A stretch of DNA of 64,000 bases from contig JARGFM010000012.1 in NCBI GenBank assembly GCA_029210725.1, forward strand, positions 36,956 through 100,955. The letters run 5' to 3'. The translations under genes were made by a program, and so were the position numbers. The stretch comes from Bacteroidales bacterium. Lineage in GTDB: Bacteria > Bacteroidota > Bacteroidia > Bacteroidales > GCA-2748055. The notes under the pieces are model-generated. The model was given only the letters and a program-made list of their open reading frames with translations, searched no databases and was not told the origin of the DNA. Below, piece by piece: positions 1 through 9,277 of this stretch (positions are counted from its first letter, which is position 1; each line of letters opens with the position of its first letter).

Positions 1-47
1 TGGCAGGAATTTGTTACCTTGGGAAGTGAAGATTTAAGAAATATGAG

Positions 48-434
48 ATGAGAAAGAAAACCATTTTACTGGCAGACGATGATCCGGATGTGATTTTTCA
101 GGTGAAACATCATCTGGAACTCTGGGGGTATGAGGTTGTAGCGGTGGAATCGCGGGTCGAAGCTGAACGCTATCTGGAAAGCGGGTGCCCCGACCTGGCC
201 ATACTCGATCTGATGATGGAGGAGGAAGACAGCGGGTTTATACTTTCCTACCGGATAAAAAAGTGCCGGCCAGATGTGCCGGTGATTATCTCTACGGCGG
301 TGGCTGCTGAACGCGGCATCAGTTTTGATATCAACAGTCCCGGCAGCAGGTCCTGGATCAAAGCAGATCATTACCTGGAGAAGGGCTTCAGAATGGAACA
401 GTTAAGATTGCTGATCCAAAAATACCTGGATTAA
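48..434 (+). CDS. stand-alone response regulator receiver (REC) domain protein
   Basis: 128-aa ORF. It has a CheY-like receiver pattern (LLADDDP, DLAILDLMM, PVIISTA) and no output domain. Confidence 0.8.
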   Translation: MRKKTILLADDDPDVIFQVKHHLELWGYEVVAVESRVEAERYLESGCPDLAILDLMMEEEDSGFILSYRIKKCRPDVPVIISTAVAAERGISFDINSPGSRSWIKADHYLEKGFRMEQLRLLIQKYLD

Positions 435-438
435 TCCT

Positions 439-1557
439 ATGGAAACTTTAACTGTCCTGGTGGTTGACGATGAACCTGGAATACGCTCGGGTATAAAAAG
501 GATCCTGGAAGGGCACCGTGTGAGTTTCCCTTTTATGGATGAAGACTATCAGTTTGAATGCAGGGAGGTGGCCAGCGGCGAGGAGGCGCTTACCATGCTT
601 GAAGTGGTGACCCCGGAAATTATTTTGCTGGATAATAAGCTGCCAGGCATGGATGGTATGGAAGTCCTTGAAATCATCAAGCAGAGAAATCTGGATGTCG
701 TCGTGGCCATGATCACTTCTTATGCCTCCATGGAGATTGCGGCTAAAGCTACGAATGACGGGGCCAGGGATTTTATTCCCAAACCTTTTACCCCCGCAGA
801 GCTGAAGTCCAGTATCGACCTGATCACCAAGCAGTATTTCCTCAAGAAGATTACCAGCAATATGAAGGAGGAGGGGAAGAAGATCCGCTATCAGTTTCTC
901 TCCGTATTGAGTCATGAGCTCAAGTCGCCCCTGAATGCCCTTGAGGGCTACCTTCAAATGATGAAGGAGCGTGAACTGGGTGAGGATATGAGTGCTTATA
1001 AAACGGTTCTGGACCGCTCCCTTCAACGTGTGGACGGGATGCGCTCGCTGATCATGGATCTACTCGACTTTACCAAAATCAGGATGGAAAAGAAAGAGGA
1101 AAAAGTTGAACAGGTAGACCTCAGGGAACGCGCAGAGCTGGCCATTGCCACGATCAACCCCATGGTTATCCAACGGAATATCAAGGTCAGCTGTTTCGGG
1201 GATGAGGTCTTTTACGATGCGGATCCCTCGGACCTGGATATTATGTTTAATAATCTGCTGTCCAATGCGGTTAAATATAACCATGACGGGGGTGAAGTCA
1301 AGGTGCAGGTTTATAAAAAGGAACAGGCAGTAGTCATCCAGGTTAAGGATACGGGCATCGGAATGAGCGAGGAGGAGGTTTCCCGGTTATTCAAAGAGTT
1401 TGTCCGCATTAAAAACAGCCGTACCAGGGGAATTCCCGGCTCGGGTCTGGGCCTCTCTATTGTGAGCAAAATTGCTCAACTGTACGGGGGGCATATTCAG
1501 GTAAGCAGCATTCCCGACCAGGGAAGCGAATTCCGTGTTATTCTGCCTCTTACCTGA
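439..1557 (+). CDS. hybrid receiver-histidine kinase (REC + HisKA + HATPase_c)
   Basis: 372 aa. N-terminal receiver (VLVVDDEP, ILLDNKLPGMDG), canonical H-box LSVLSHELKSPLNAL, N box LLSNAVKYN, and G boxes DTGIGM and GSGLGLSI. It starts 4 nt after the upstream REC gene. Confidence 0.85.
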   Translation: METLTVLVVDDEPGIRSGIKRILEGHRVSFPFMDEDYQFECREVASGEEALTMLEVVTPEIILLDNKLPGMDGMEVLEIIKQRNLDVVVAMITSYASMEIAAKATNDGARDFIPKPFTPAELKSSIDLITKQYFLKKITSNMKEEGKKIRYQFLSVLSHELKSPLNALEGYLQMMKERELGEDMSAYKTVLDRSLQRVDGMRSLIMDLLDFTKIRMEKKEEKVEQVDLRERAELAIATINPMVIQRNIKVSCFGDEVFYDADPSDLDIMFNNLLSNAVKYNHDGGEVKVQVYKKEQAVVIQVKDTGIGMSEEEVSRLFKEFVRIKNSRTRGIPGSGLGLSIVSKIAQLYGGHIQVSSIPDQGSEFRVILPLT

Positions 1558-1592
1558 GACTGACGGGTATCATTAGAATTGTTGATCTGAAA

Positions 1593-1610
1593 TTGTGATT
1601 AAATTAACAA
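1593..1610. promoter_or_regulatory. Rex-operator-like inverted repeat TTGTGATTAAATTAACAA upstream of rex
   Basis: The site matches the published Rex box TTGTGAA-N4-TTCACAA at all but 2 of the 14 specified positions. It lies 37 nt upstream of the rex start codon. Confidence 0.45.
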
Positions 1611-1646
1611 TATTTTGTAGTATTGTATCAGCCCAATTAGTGATCT

Positions 1647-2270
1647 ATGTCCTTACCTGAGCGTACTGTTGAACGTTTGAGTGAATATCGCAGATCCCTG
1701 CTTCAATGCCTGGAGGAGGGAAAGACACATATATTTTCGCATGAACTTGCCGAACTGCATCACAATACAGCGGTACAGGTGCGCCGGGATATTATGTTTA
1801 TCGGTTATACCAGCATGCAACGAAAAGGTTATGATGTCAGAGAGCTGGTAGATGTTATCGGAGACATTCTGGATTCGGAGAGTGGCCTCAATGTGGCTGT
1901 GATTGGGATAGGAAATCTGGGGCGGGCTGTTACCACTTACTTTATTGGGAAGCGTTCCAAGCTGAATATCATTGCTACCTTCGATGTGGATGCCAATAAG
2001 ATAGACCGGGTGATTTCAGGGGTGAAATGCTATCCGCTCAGCAGGCTGAAAGAGCTTGTACAAAGCCAGAATATTTCCATAGCTATCATGACGGTACCGG
2101 CCGATTCGGCTGCAGAAGTGACTGCCCAGCTGGTGGATGCCGGCATTAAGGGCCTGATGAATTTTACCACCGTCCCCCTGAATGTGCCGCCGCAAGTGTA
2201 CCTGGATGAGTATGATATGATTACCTCCCTCGAGAAAGTAGCCTATTTTGTGAAGAGTTCCCGGAATTAA
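1647..2270 (+). CDS. rex: redox-sensing transcriptional repressor Rex
   Basis: 207 aa. N-terminal winged helix (TVERLSEYRRSL), a Rossmann motif VAVIGIGNLGRA, and a length typical of Rex. Confidence 0.85.
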   Translation: MSLPERTVERLSEYRRSLLQCLEEGKTHIFSHELAELHHNTAVQVRRDIMFIGYTSMQRKGYDVRELVDVIGDILDSESGLNVAVIGIGNLGRAVTTYFIGKRSKLNIIATFDVDANKIDRVISGVKCYPLSRLKELVQSQNISIAIMTVPADSAAEVTAQLVDAGIKGLMNFTTVPLNVPPQVYLDEYDMITSLEKVAYFVKSSRN

Positions 2271-2271
2271 G

Positions 2272-3156
2272 ATGCAGGTGCATAACTCCATGGAAAATTT
2301 GCCGGTGATCCCTTCACCGGTAGTCACGGTGGGTTCATTCGACGGGGTACATGTGGGGCACCGGGCCATTATCAGGCGGTTGAATGCCCTGGCCCGGGAG
2401 GTGCAGGGCTCCTCGGTGCTCATCACCTTCCATCCGCATCCCCGCATGGTGCTCTATCCGGATTCGGCCGGGAAGGATCTGAAGCTGATAAATTCCAGAT
2501 CTGAGAAGATCCTCCTCCTGGAGGAAGCGGGGCTGGATTTTCTGATCATTATGGAGTTTACCAATGATTTTGCACGTACCAGTTCCGATGATTTTGTGGA
2601 ACACTACCTGGTGGGTTTCCTGCACGCCCATACCATCGTTGTCGGATTTAACCATTACTTCGGCCACAATAAGGAGGGGAGCTTTAAATCCCTGTACAGG
2701 GCCCGGAAGAGATTTGGTTTCCGGGTGGAGGAGATTCCGGAACAGGAAATCCAGCATGAGGCCGTCAGCAGCACCAAAATCCGGAAGGCCCTGGAGGAGG
2801 GAAATATCCAGCGGGCCAATGCCTATCTGGAGCATCACTATATGATACAGGCAAGCCTGGAACCGCTTCCGGAGCATGAGGCGGTGCCCGGGCAGCCCTG
2901 TTACCGGATTCCCGTGAGTGACCCAGTGAAACTGATCCCCCCGGAAGGGGCATATGCTGCCTCGTACCTTTGCAAAGGACAGTATAAAAAGGCCCTGGTG
3001 TATATTGGGAACAGGTCCATCCTTCTCTTTCCGCTTGAAGCGGATCATGATCCTCTAAGGGCTGAGGGGAGGGTGCGTTTCCATCTAAGACTTGCCGCTT
3101 CGGAAGATCCCGACTTTTCCGCTTTGCTGTTTGCTGCAGGGGAGCTCATTTATTAG
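2272..3156 (+). CDS. ribF: bifunctional riboflavin kinase / FMN adenylyltransferase
   Basis: 294 aa. VVTVGSFDGVHVGHRAII nucleotidyltransferase motif, followed by a C-terminal riboflavin kinase domain. Confidence 0.85.
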   Translation: MQVHNSMENLPVIPSPVVTVGSFDGVHVGHRAIIRRLNALAREVQGSSVLITFHPHPRMVLYPDSAGKDLKLINSRSEKILLLEEAGLDFLIIMEFTNDFARTSSDDFVEHYLVGFLHAHTIVVGFNHYFGHNKEGSFKSLYRARKRFGFRVEEIPEQEIQHEAVSSTKIRKALEEGNIQRANAYLEHHYMIQASLEPLPEHEAVPGQPCYRIPVSDPVKLIPPEGAYAASYLCKGQYKKALVYIGNRSILLFPLEADHDPLRAEGRVRFHLRLAASEDPDFSALLFAAGELIY

Positions 3157-3168
3157 TATCTTCGTTTT

Positions 3169-3411
3169 ATGGAAAAGCGAATCGGAGCGGTTATCATACT
3201 GATCGGACAGGGGGGGGATATTCACCGGATCAATGCCATTATATCCGAGCATGCCGATCTGATCCTGGGCCGGCAGGGAATCCCGCTCAGGGACCGCTCT
3301 ACCAGCGTGATCTCACTGGTTATTGAAGGGAATACAGACCTGATAGGATCGCTTACCGGCAAACTTGGCAGATTGCCGGGGGTCAAAGTCAAATCTATAC
3401 TGGCCGGTTGA
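3169..3411 (+). CDS. TM1266-family small ACT-like protein (putative iron-only hydrogenase system regulator family)
   Basis: 80 aa. MEKR...IGSLTGKLGRLPGVKVKSI closely resembles what I recall of Thermotoga TM1266 (ALSGKLGQISGVRVKTV). The assignment rests on memory, not a search. Confidence 0.55.
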   Translation: MEKRIGAVIILIGQGGDIHRINAIISEHADLILGRQGIPLRDRSTSVISLVIEGNTDLIGSLTGKLGRLPGVKVKSILAG

Positions 3412-3523
3412 AAAAGGCAGTATCAAATGTTAAAAAACAGCCCCTTTTTGTTAAAACGGCTTTCGCTAAAAACAAATCATCAACTCATTGGTTTATATAT
3501 TTGAAAAGTAATTGTTGGGGTGC

Positions 3524-3587
3524 AAGGCAAGTTGCGAATCTTTTGAGGGTTTTAGGAAGAAAAGCAACTTGCCTTATTTTTTTATTC
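3524..3587 (+). terminator. putative intrinsic terminator (12-bp stem, large loop, T-run)
   Basis: AAGGCAAGTTGC (3524-3535) pairs with GCAACTTGCCTT (3564-3575), followed by ATTTTTTTTATT. The 28-nt loop is longer than ideal. Confidence 0.45.
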
Positions 3588-3675
3588 CTGTTATTAGGCA
3601 GTGTTCTAAGACACTCCCGATGCGGCGATCACACAAATCTGCTTTGTTATCTTTGAATCTGTTAAACCGATTCGA

Positions 3676-5736
3676 ATGATTAATCGCCAACTTATTAATC
3701 CTGAAAGTATTGTCGTTGTCGGAGCCTCCAATAACATCTCCAAGCCGGGAGGTAAACTCTTCCATAATATACGTAGCGGAACATTCAGTGGGCAGCTTTT
3801 TTCTCTGAACCCCAAAGAAGATGAGATCCAGGGACTGCCTTCCTACAGGCAGATCAGGGAGATGCCTCCTGCCGATCTGGCTTTCCTGGCGCTTCCGGCC
3901 AAACTTTGTCCGGCTGTTGTCAGGGAACTTGCTGAGAGTAAGGGAACCCGTGCTTTTGTTATTGTATCGGCCGGATTCAGTGAAGAGAATAGCGAAGGTG
4001 CTGCCATTGAAAAGGAGATCGTTGAGATTTGCAGAAAGCATGATGCTGCCCTGATCGGGCCTAACTGCATTGGGGTGATGACCCCGGCCTACCAGGGAGT
4101 CTTTACCCTGCCCGTGCCCAAACAGGATCCGCGAGGATGTGATTTTATCTCCGGAAGCGGGGCCACCGCTGTTTTTATTATGGAGTCGGGCCTGCAGAAA
4201 GGGCTCCGGTTTAACCATATGTTTTCGGTGGGAAACTCCGCCCAGCTCGGAGTGGAGGATGTATTGCAGTACCTGGATCTGACATACAGTAAAGAGCATT
4301 CTTCCCGGGTAAAGATGCTCTATTTTGAGACCATCAGGGACCCGGGCCTTCTGCTCAGGCATGCGGTTTCCCTCAGGGAGAAAGGCTGTCAGATTGCGGC
4401 CATCAAGGCCGGAACCACCGAAGCGGGAAGCAGGGCCGCATCTTCACATACGGGAGCCATGGCATCTTCCGATATGGCGGTTGATGCGCTTTTTCGCAAA
4501 GCAGGCATAGTACGCTGCTATGGCAGGGAGGAGCTGACTACGGTGGCTTCGGTCATGTTGCATCCGCCAATGCAGGGGAAGAATCTGGCCATTATTACCC
4601 ATGCAGGCGGACCGGCCGTTATGCTCACCGATCAGCTGGCCAAGGGAAATATGGATGTACCCAGGCTGGAAGGACCCCAAGTGGAGAAATTGCTCACCCA
4701 TCTTTTTCCGGGTTCATCGGCTTCTAATCCCATTGATATGCTTGCCACCGGCAACGCCGGACAGCTGGGTATATGCATCGATTATTGTGAACACTCCTTC
4801 AAGGAGATTGATGGCATCGTGGTCATCTTTGGCACTCCCGGACTGGCCCCGGTCTTTGACGTATATGACCTGCTTTATGAGAAGATGCAGCAGTGCAGCA
4901 AACCCATTTACCCGGTTCTGCCCTCTCTCACCACGGCAGCCAGGGAGGTGGAAGCCTTCCTGGCACACGGCACCATCAATTTTCCCGACGAGGTGCAGCT
5001 GGGCAGGGCTCTGACCCTGGTGTACGGAACGGACCTCCCTGCCGGAGAGATTTCCGTTCCGGAGGGGATCGACCTGAAAGGTATCAGGGAGCTGCTCGAC
5101 CAATACGGGGAGGGTTACCTGGCCCCTGGGATCATTCAGAAGATACTGGATGCTGCCGGTATCTCCAGGGTACGTGAAGAGCTGGCCGGCGATGAAGCTA
5201 ACTTGTATCGCCTGGCTCATCAAATGGCTTATCCCCTTGTAATGAAGGTAGTCGGCCCGGTTCATAAATCTGATGTTGGGGGTGTGGCCCTGGGAGTAGA
5301 TAACGATATCGACCTGATGGAGCATTTTCAGCAAATGATGAAGATAGATGGAGCCACCGGAGTACTGCTGCAGCCCATGCTGGAAGGGATTGAGCTGTTT
5401 GTAGGGGCAAAATATGAGCCGGGTTTTGGTCATATCATACTGTGTGGCCTGGGGGGTATCTACGTGGAAGTGCTGAAGGATATGGCATCCGGACTTGCTC
5501 CTTTATCGAAGGCAGAGGCGGGCCGGATGATCCGCTCCCTGAAAGGCTTTAAGATGCTGGAAGGAATGCGGGGACAGGCGGGGATCAGTCTCCCTGTTTT
5601 TGAGGAGATACTGGTCAGGCTCTCCGTGGTGCTGAGTGAAAACCGTCGGATTGCGGAACTTGATCTGAATCCCTTGATGGCAAAGGAAGATCAGCTTGTG
5701 GTGGTGGATTCAAGAATACGTATAGAAAAACCTTAG
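3676..5736 (+). CDS. ADP-forming acetyl/acyl-CoA synthetase (fused alpha-beta, NDP-forming family)
   Basis: 686 aa. N-terminal CoA-binding domain (IVVVGASNN), a succinyl-CoA-synthetase-like ligase domain, and a C-terminal ATP-grasp domain (VMKVVGPVHKSDVGGV). Confidence 0.8.
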   Translation: MINRQLINPESIVVVGASNNISKPGGKLFHNIRSGTFSGQLFSLNPKEDEIQGLPSYRQIREMPPADLAFLALPAKLCPAVVRELAESKGTRAFVIVSAGFSEENSEGAAIEKEIVEICRKHDAALIGPNCIGVMTPAYQGVFTLPVPKQDPRGCDFISGSGATAVFIMESGLQKGLRFNHMFSVGNSAQLGVEDVLQYLDLTYSKEHSSRVKMLYFETIRDPGLLLRHAVSLREKGCQIAAIKAGTTEAGSRAASSHTGAMASSDMAVDALFRKAGIVRCYGREELTTVASVMLHPPMQGKNLAIITHAGGPAVMLTDQLAKGNMDVPRLEGPQVEKLLTHLFPGSSASNPIDMLATGNAGQLGICIDYCEHSFKEIDGIVVIFGTPGLAPVFDVYDLLYEKMQQCSKPIYPVLPSLTTAAREVEAFLAHGTINFPDEVQLGRALTLVYGTDLPAGEISVPEGIDLKGIRELLDQYGEGYLAPGIIQKILDAAGISRVREELAGDEANLYRLAHQMAYPLVMKVVGPVHKSDVGGVALGVDNDIDLMEHFQQMMKIDGATGVLLQPMLEGIELFVGAKYEPGFGHIILCGLGGIYVEVLKDMASGLAPLSKAEAGRMIRSLKGFKMLEGMRGQAGISLPVFEEILVRLSVVLSENRRIAELDLNPLMAKEDQLVVVDSRIRIEKP

Positions 5737-5740
5737 ATCT

Positions 5741-7063
5741 ATGAAATCGACACCGATACCGTCAGAAGTTGTTAATGAGGTGATTGATGCCTTTGGGATC
5801 TACCCGGCCGGGAGGGCCACCATCAGGGAGCTGGTTAAAATTGTCAATGATATTGAAGGGATCACGGGGGAGGAGTTTATCCGGATGGAGATGGGAGTCC
5901 CCGGTCTGGATCCCACCTTTGTGGGTACCGAGGCGGAAATGATCGCTCTGCGGCAGGGGGTCGCCTCCAAATATCCCAATATTGAAGGCATTCCTCCCCT
6001 GAAAGCCGAGGCAGCCAGGTTTGTGAAGTTATTTATGGATGTGGACGTCGAACCGAAACACTGTGTCCCGACCGTGGGGTCCATGATGGGTAGCATGGCC
6101 GCATTCATGGTGGTGAACCGTTCCGATAGGCACCGGACAGGAACGCTCTTTCTGGATCCGGGATTTCCTGTGCAGAAACAGCAGTGCCTGGTGCTGGGTC
6201 ACGAGTTTGGATCCTTCGATCTGTATGATTTCAGGGGCCGGAAACTGAGACAGAAAATGGAGGAGGAGATTGAAAGGGGTCACTACTCTTCCATCCTCTA
6301 TTCAAATCCTAACAATCCCTCCTGGATCTGCCTGAGCGATGAGGAATTAAGGATCATTGGTGAGATATCCAAAAAACATGATGTGACCGTTATTGAGGAC
6401 CTGGCTTATTTTGGCATGGATTTCAGGAAGGATTTTTCCACTCCGGGGGTACCCCCTTATCAGCCTTCGGTTGCCAAATATACGGACAACTACTTGCTTT
6501 TGATATCCAGTTCAAAAGCCTTTAGTTATGCCGGTCAGCGAATTGGTGTGATCGTCATGTCTCCCGGATTATTTGACCGGAAATACCCCGACCTGAGGCG
6601 ATACTACTCCTCCGATAAATTTGGTCATGCCATGATCTATGGAGCGCTTTACGCCTTATCGGCAGGGGCTTCACACACGGCTCAATATGCCCTGGCAGCC
6701 ATATTTAAAGCGGTCAATGATGGCAGCTACAATTACATCAGTGAAGTCAGGGAGTATGGCGAGAAGGCAAAGATCATGAAGGCCCTGTTCCTGAAGTATG
6801 GATTTAAAATTGTCTATGATATGGATTTGGATGAACCCATTGCCGACGGATTCTATTTCACCATATCCTACATGGGATTTGATGGCTTCCGGCTGGTGCA
6901 TGAGCTGCTCTATTACGGGATCAGCGCCATCTCTCTGGCGATCACAGGCAGCACCAGGACGGAAGGATTAAGGGCCTGCGTGTCTCAGGTCCGGAGGGAT
7001 CAGTTTCCGGTGCTGGAGCAGCGTCTGAAGCGGTTTCAGGAGGACCACTCCATCCCGGAATAG
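5741..7063 (+). CDS. PLP-dependent aminotransferase (class I/II fold)
   Basis: 440 aa. SSSKAFSYAGQRIG provides the Schiff-base lysine context, and the N-terminus is aspartate/aromatic-aminotransferase-like. It starts 4 nt after the acyl-CoA synthetase gene. Confidence 0.75.
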   Translation: MKSTPIPSEVVNEVIDAFGIYPAGRATIRELVKIVNDIEGITGEEFIRMEMGVPGLDPTFVGTEAEMIALRQGVASKYPNIEGIPPLKAEAARFVKLFMDVDVEPKHCVPTVGSMMGSMAAFMVVNRSDRHRTGTLFLDPGFPVQKQQCLVLGHEFGSFDLYDFRGRKLRQKMEEEIERGHYSSILYSNPNNPSWICLSDEELRIIGEISKKHDVTVIEDLAYFGMDFRKDFSTPGVPPYQPSVAKYTDNYLLLISSSKAFSYAGQRIGVIVMSPGLFDRKYPDLRRYYSSDKFGHAMIYGALYALSAGASHTAQYALAAIFKAVNDGSYNYISEVREYGEKAKIMKALFLKYGFKIVYDMDLDEPIADGFYFTISYMGFDGFRLVHELLYYGISAISLAITGSTRTEGLRACVSQVRRDQFPVLEQRLKRFQEDHSIPE

Positions 7064-7169
7064 ACAAGTTTATCCCAAAATAAAAGCATCGGGTCAAACC
7101 TGTCCAAGAACAGTTAAGAAGGTGTTTGAGAATTGTTACATTTGGTCTTGTACTTTAAAATAGCTTAAC

Positions 7170-7397
7170 ATGGCAAAAGCAAAAGGAGCCATAATGGTCG
7201 ATGTGGAGAGATGTAAAGGCTGTCAGGTTTGTTTGGTAAATTGCCCGACCGATACCATTGGCATGGCTGAAGAGGTGAACGGAAAAGGATACCACTATGC
7301 CTATATGAAAAACCCCGAGAATTGTACGGGTTGTACCAATTGTGCGGTGGTGTGCCCCGATGGAGCGATTACTGTATACCGGGTTAAACAGCAATAA
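7170..7397 (+). CDS. 2-oxoacid:ferredoxin oxidoreductase delta subunit (2x[4Fe-4S] ferredoxin)
   Basis: 75 aa with two cluster motifs, CKGCQVCLVNCP and CTGCTNCAVVCP. It lies directly upstream of the alpha, beta and gamma subunit genes. Confidence 0.8.
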   Translation: MAKAKGAIMVDVERCKGCQVCLVNCPTDTIGMAEEVNGKGYHYAYMKNPENCTGCTNCAVVCPDGAITVYRVKQQ

Positions 7398-7408
7398 AGT
7401 CAAGCAGT

Positions 7409-8479
7409 ATGAAGGAACTGGTTTTAATGAAGGGAAATGAAGCCATCGCCGAGGCGGCCATCAGGGCCGGAGTGGACGGTTATTTTGGATACCCGATCAC
7501 CCCCCAATCCGAGGTTATGGAGTACCTGATGCTCCAGAAGCCGGAAGAACGAACCGGCATGGTGGTTTTACAGGCCGAAAGCGAGGTTGCTTCCATCAAT
7601 ATGGTTTACGGAGCAGCCGGAACAGGTAAAAAGGTTATGACCTCCTCTTCAAGTCCGGGTATCAGCCTGATGCAGGAGGGGATCTCTTATATTGCAGGGG
7701 CGGAACTTCCCTGCCTGATTGTGAATGTGGTACGGGGAGGACCTGGACTGGGAACCATACAACCTTCACAGGCCGATTATTTCCAATCGACCAAGGGCGG
7801 AGGCCATGGCGATTACAGACTGATTGTTCTGGCACCGGCCTCGGTTCAGGAGATGGCCGATTTTGTGGACCTGGCCTTTGAACTGGCTTTCAAGTACCGG
7901 AACCCTGCCCTGATCCTTTCGGACGGACTTATTGGCCAGATGATGGAGAAGGTGGAACTCCCCCCCCAGAAAGAAAGGCTTAAGGAATTTGATCAGTCCT
8001 GGGTGATCACGGGAAAAACCAAAGACAGGGAGAGAAACATTATCACTTCTCTGAACCTGGATCCGGATCTGCAATACGAACATAACCTGAAGCTGCAGGC
8101 GAAGTATAAAGCCATGGAGCAGGATGTCATGTTTGAAAAAATTGCCTGTGAGGATGCCGATTTTCTCCTGGTAGCCTATGGCTCCAGCGCCCGGATCTGT
8201 CAGAAAGTGGTGGAGCTGGCCAGGAGCAGAGGTAAGAAGGTTGGTTTGCTGCGCCCGCAGACCCTGTTTCCTTTTCCAAGCGAAGAACTGGCAAAGATGG
8301 CCAGAAGGGTGAAGGGGATGATGGCTGTTGAGTTGAGTTCAGGTCAGATGGTGGAGGATGTGAAACTGGCTGTGAACGGCAAGGTTCCGGTGACTCACTA
8401 CGGAATGGTGGGTGGCAAAATTCATTCGCCGGATGATGTTTTAAACGAATTGGAAGAGAAATACATAGGAGGATACTAG
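7409..8479 (+). CDS. 2-oxoacid:ferredoxin oxidoreductase alpha subunit (KOR/VOR type)
   Basis: 356 aa. MKGNEAIAEAAIRAG...GYPITPQSE is the N-terminal signature of OFOR alpha subunits. Confidence 0.85.
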   Translation: MKELVLMKGNEAIAEAAIRAGVDGYFGYPITPQSEVMEYLMLQKPEERTGMVVLQAESEVASINMVYGAAGTGKKVMTSSSSPGISLMQEGISYIAGAELPCLIVNVVRGGPGLGTIQPSQADYFQSTKGGGHGDYRLIVLAPASVQEMADFVDLAFELAFKYRNPALILSDGLIGQMMEKVELPPQKERLKEFDQSWVITGKTKDRERNIITSLNLDPDLQYEHNLKLQAKYKAMEQDVMFEKIACEDADFLLVAYGSSARICQKVVELARSRGKKVGLLRPQTLFPFPSEELAKMARRVKGMMAVELSSGQMVEDVKLAVNGKVPVTHYGMVGGKIHSPDDVLNELEEKYIGGY

Positions 8480-9262
8480 ATGGAACTGAAAGAGATCACC
8501 AGACCGGAGAACCTGGTTTATAAACGTACTCCCCTGATGACCGATGCAACCCTTTCGTATTGTCCGGGTTGTGGTCATGGAACCATCCACCGTCTTATTA
8601 TGGAGGTGGTGGAGGAGATGGGTATTCAGGAAGATACCATCGGGATTGCCCCGGTAGGATGTTCAGTGCTTGCCTACGATTTCATGGATATTGATTGCTC
8701 ACAGGCGGCACATGGAAGAGCGCCTGCACTGGCTACGGGCATCAAACGGCTCTGGCCCGATAAATATGTCTTTACCTATCAGGGAGATGGTGACCTGGCA
8801 GCCATCGGAACCGCGGAGACCATCCATGCCTGTAACCGTGGCGAAAACATTAGTATATTCTTTGTAAATAATGGAATATACGGAATGACCGGGGGACAAA
8901 TGGCGCCCACCACCCTGGAGGGGATGAAATCATCCACCTCTCCCTATGGCAGGAACAATGAGACCATGGGTCCGCCCTATAAGATTACAGAACTGGTTGC
9001 CCGGCTGGAAGGGACCTATTATGTAACCCGGCAGTCGGTTCATAAACCCGGTCCCGTGCGCAAAGCAAAAAAGGCAATCCGCAAGGCCCTGGAGCTACAG
9101 AAGGAAAATAAGGGGCTCGCATTTGTCGAATTTGTGTCCAATTGTAATTCGGGATGGAAAATGACTCCGAATGATTCCAATACCTGGATGGAGGAACATA
9201 TGTTTCCGTTCTATCCCATGGGAGACATTAAGGTGGACGGGAAGTTGGTTCAGGGTACATAG
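8480..9262 (+). CDS. 2-oxoacid:ferredoxin oxidoreductase beta subunit (TPP-binding)
   Basis: 260 aa. CPGCGHG motif and TPP motif YQGDGDLAAIG. The start abuts the alpha subunit stop. Confidence 0.85.
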   Translation: MELKEITRPENLVYKRTPLMTDATLSYCPGCGHGTIHRLIMEVVEEMGIQEDTIGIAPVGCSVLAYDFMDIDCSQAAHGRAPALATGIKRLWPDKYVFTYQGDGDLAAIGTAETIHACNRGENISIFFVNNGIYGMTGGQMAPTTLEGMKSSTSPYGRNNETMGPPYKITELVARLEGTYYVTRQSVHKPGPVRKAKKAIRKALELQKENKGLAFVEFVSNCNSGWKMTPNDSNTWMEEHMFPFYPMGDIKVDGKLVQGT

Positions 9263-9277
9263 CTAATAGTTAGAGAT

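Noticed and set aside
3408-3656. 82-aa ORF in the gap after the TM1266-like gene.
   Set aside because: It spans an AT-rich intergenic stretch that contains the terminator-like hairpin. The translation is Lys/Leu-rich and has no motif, so it is probably non-coding.
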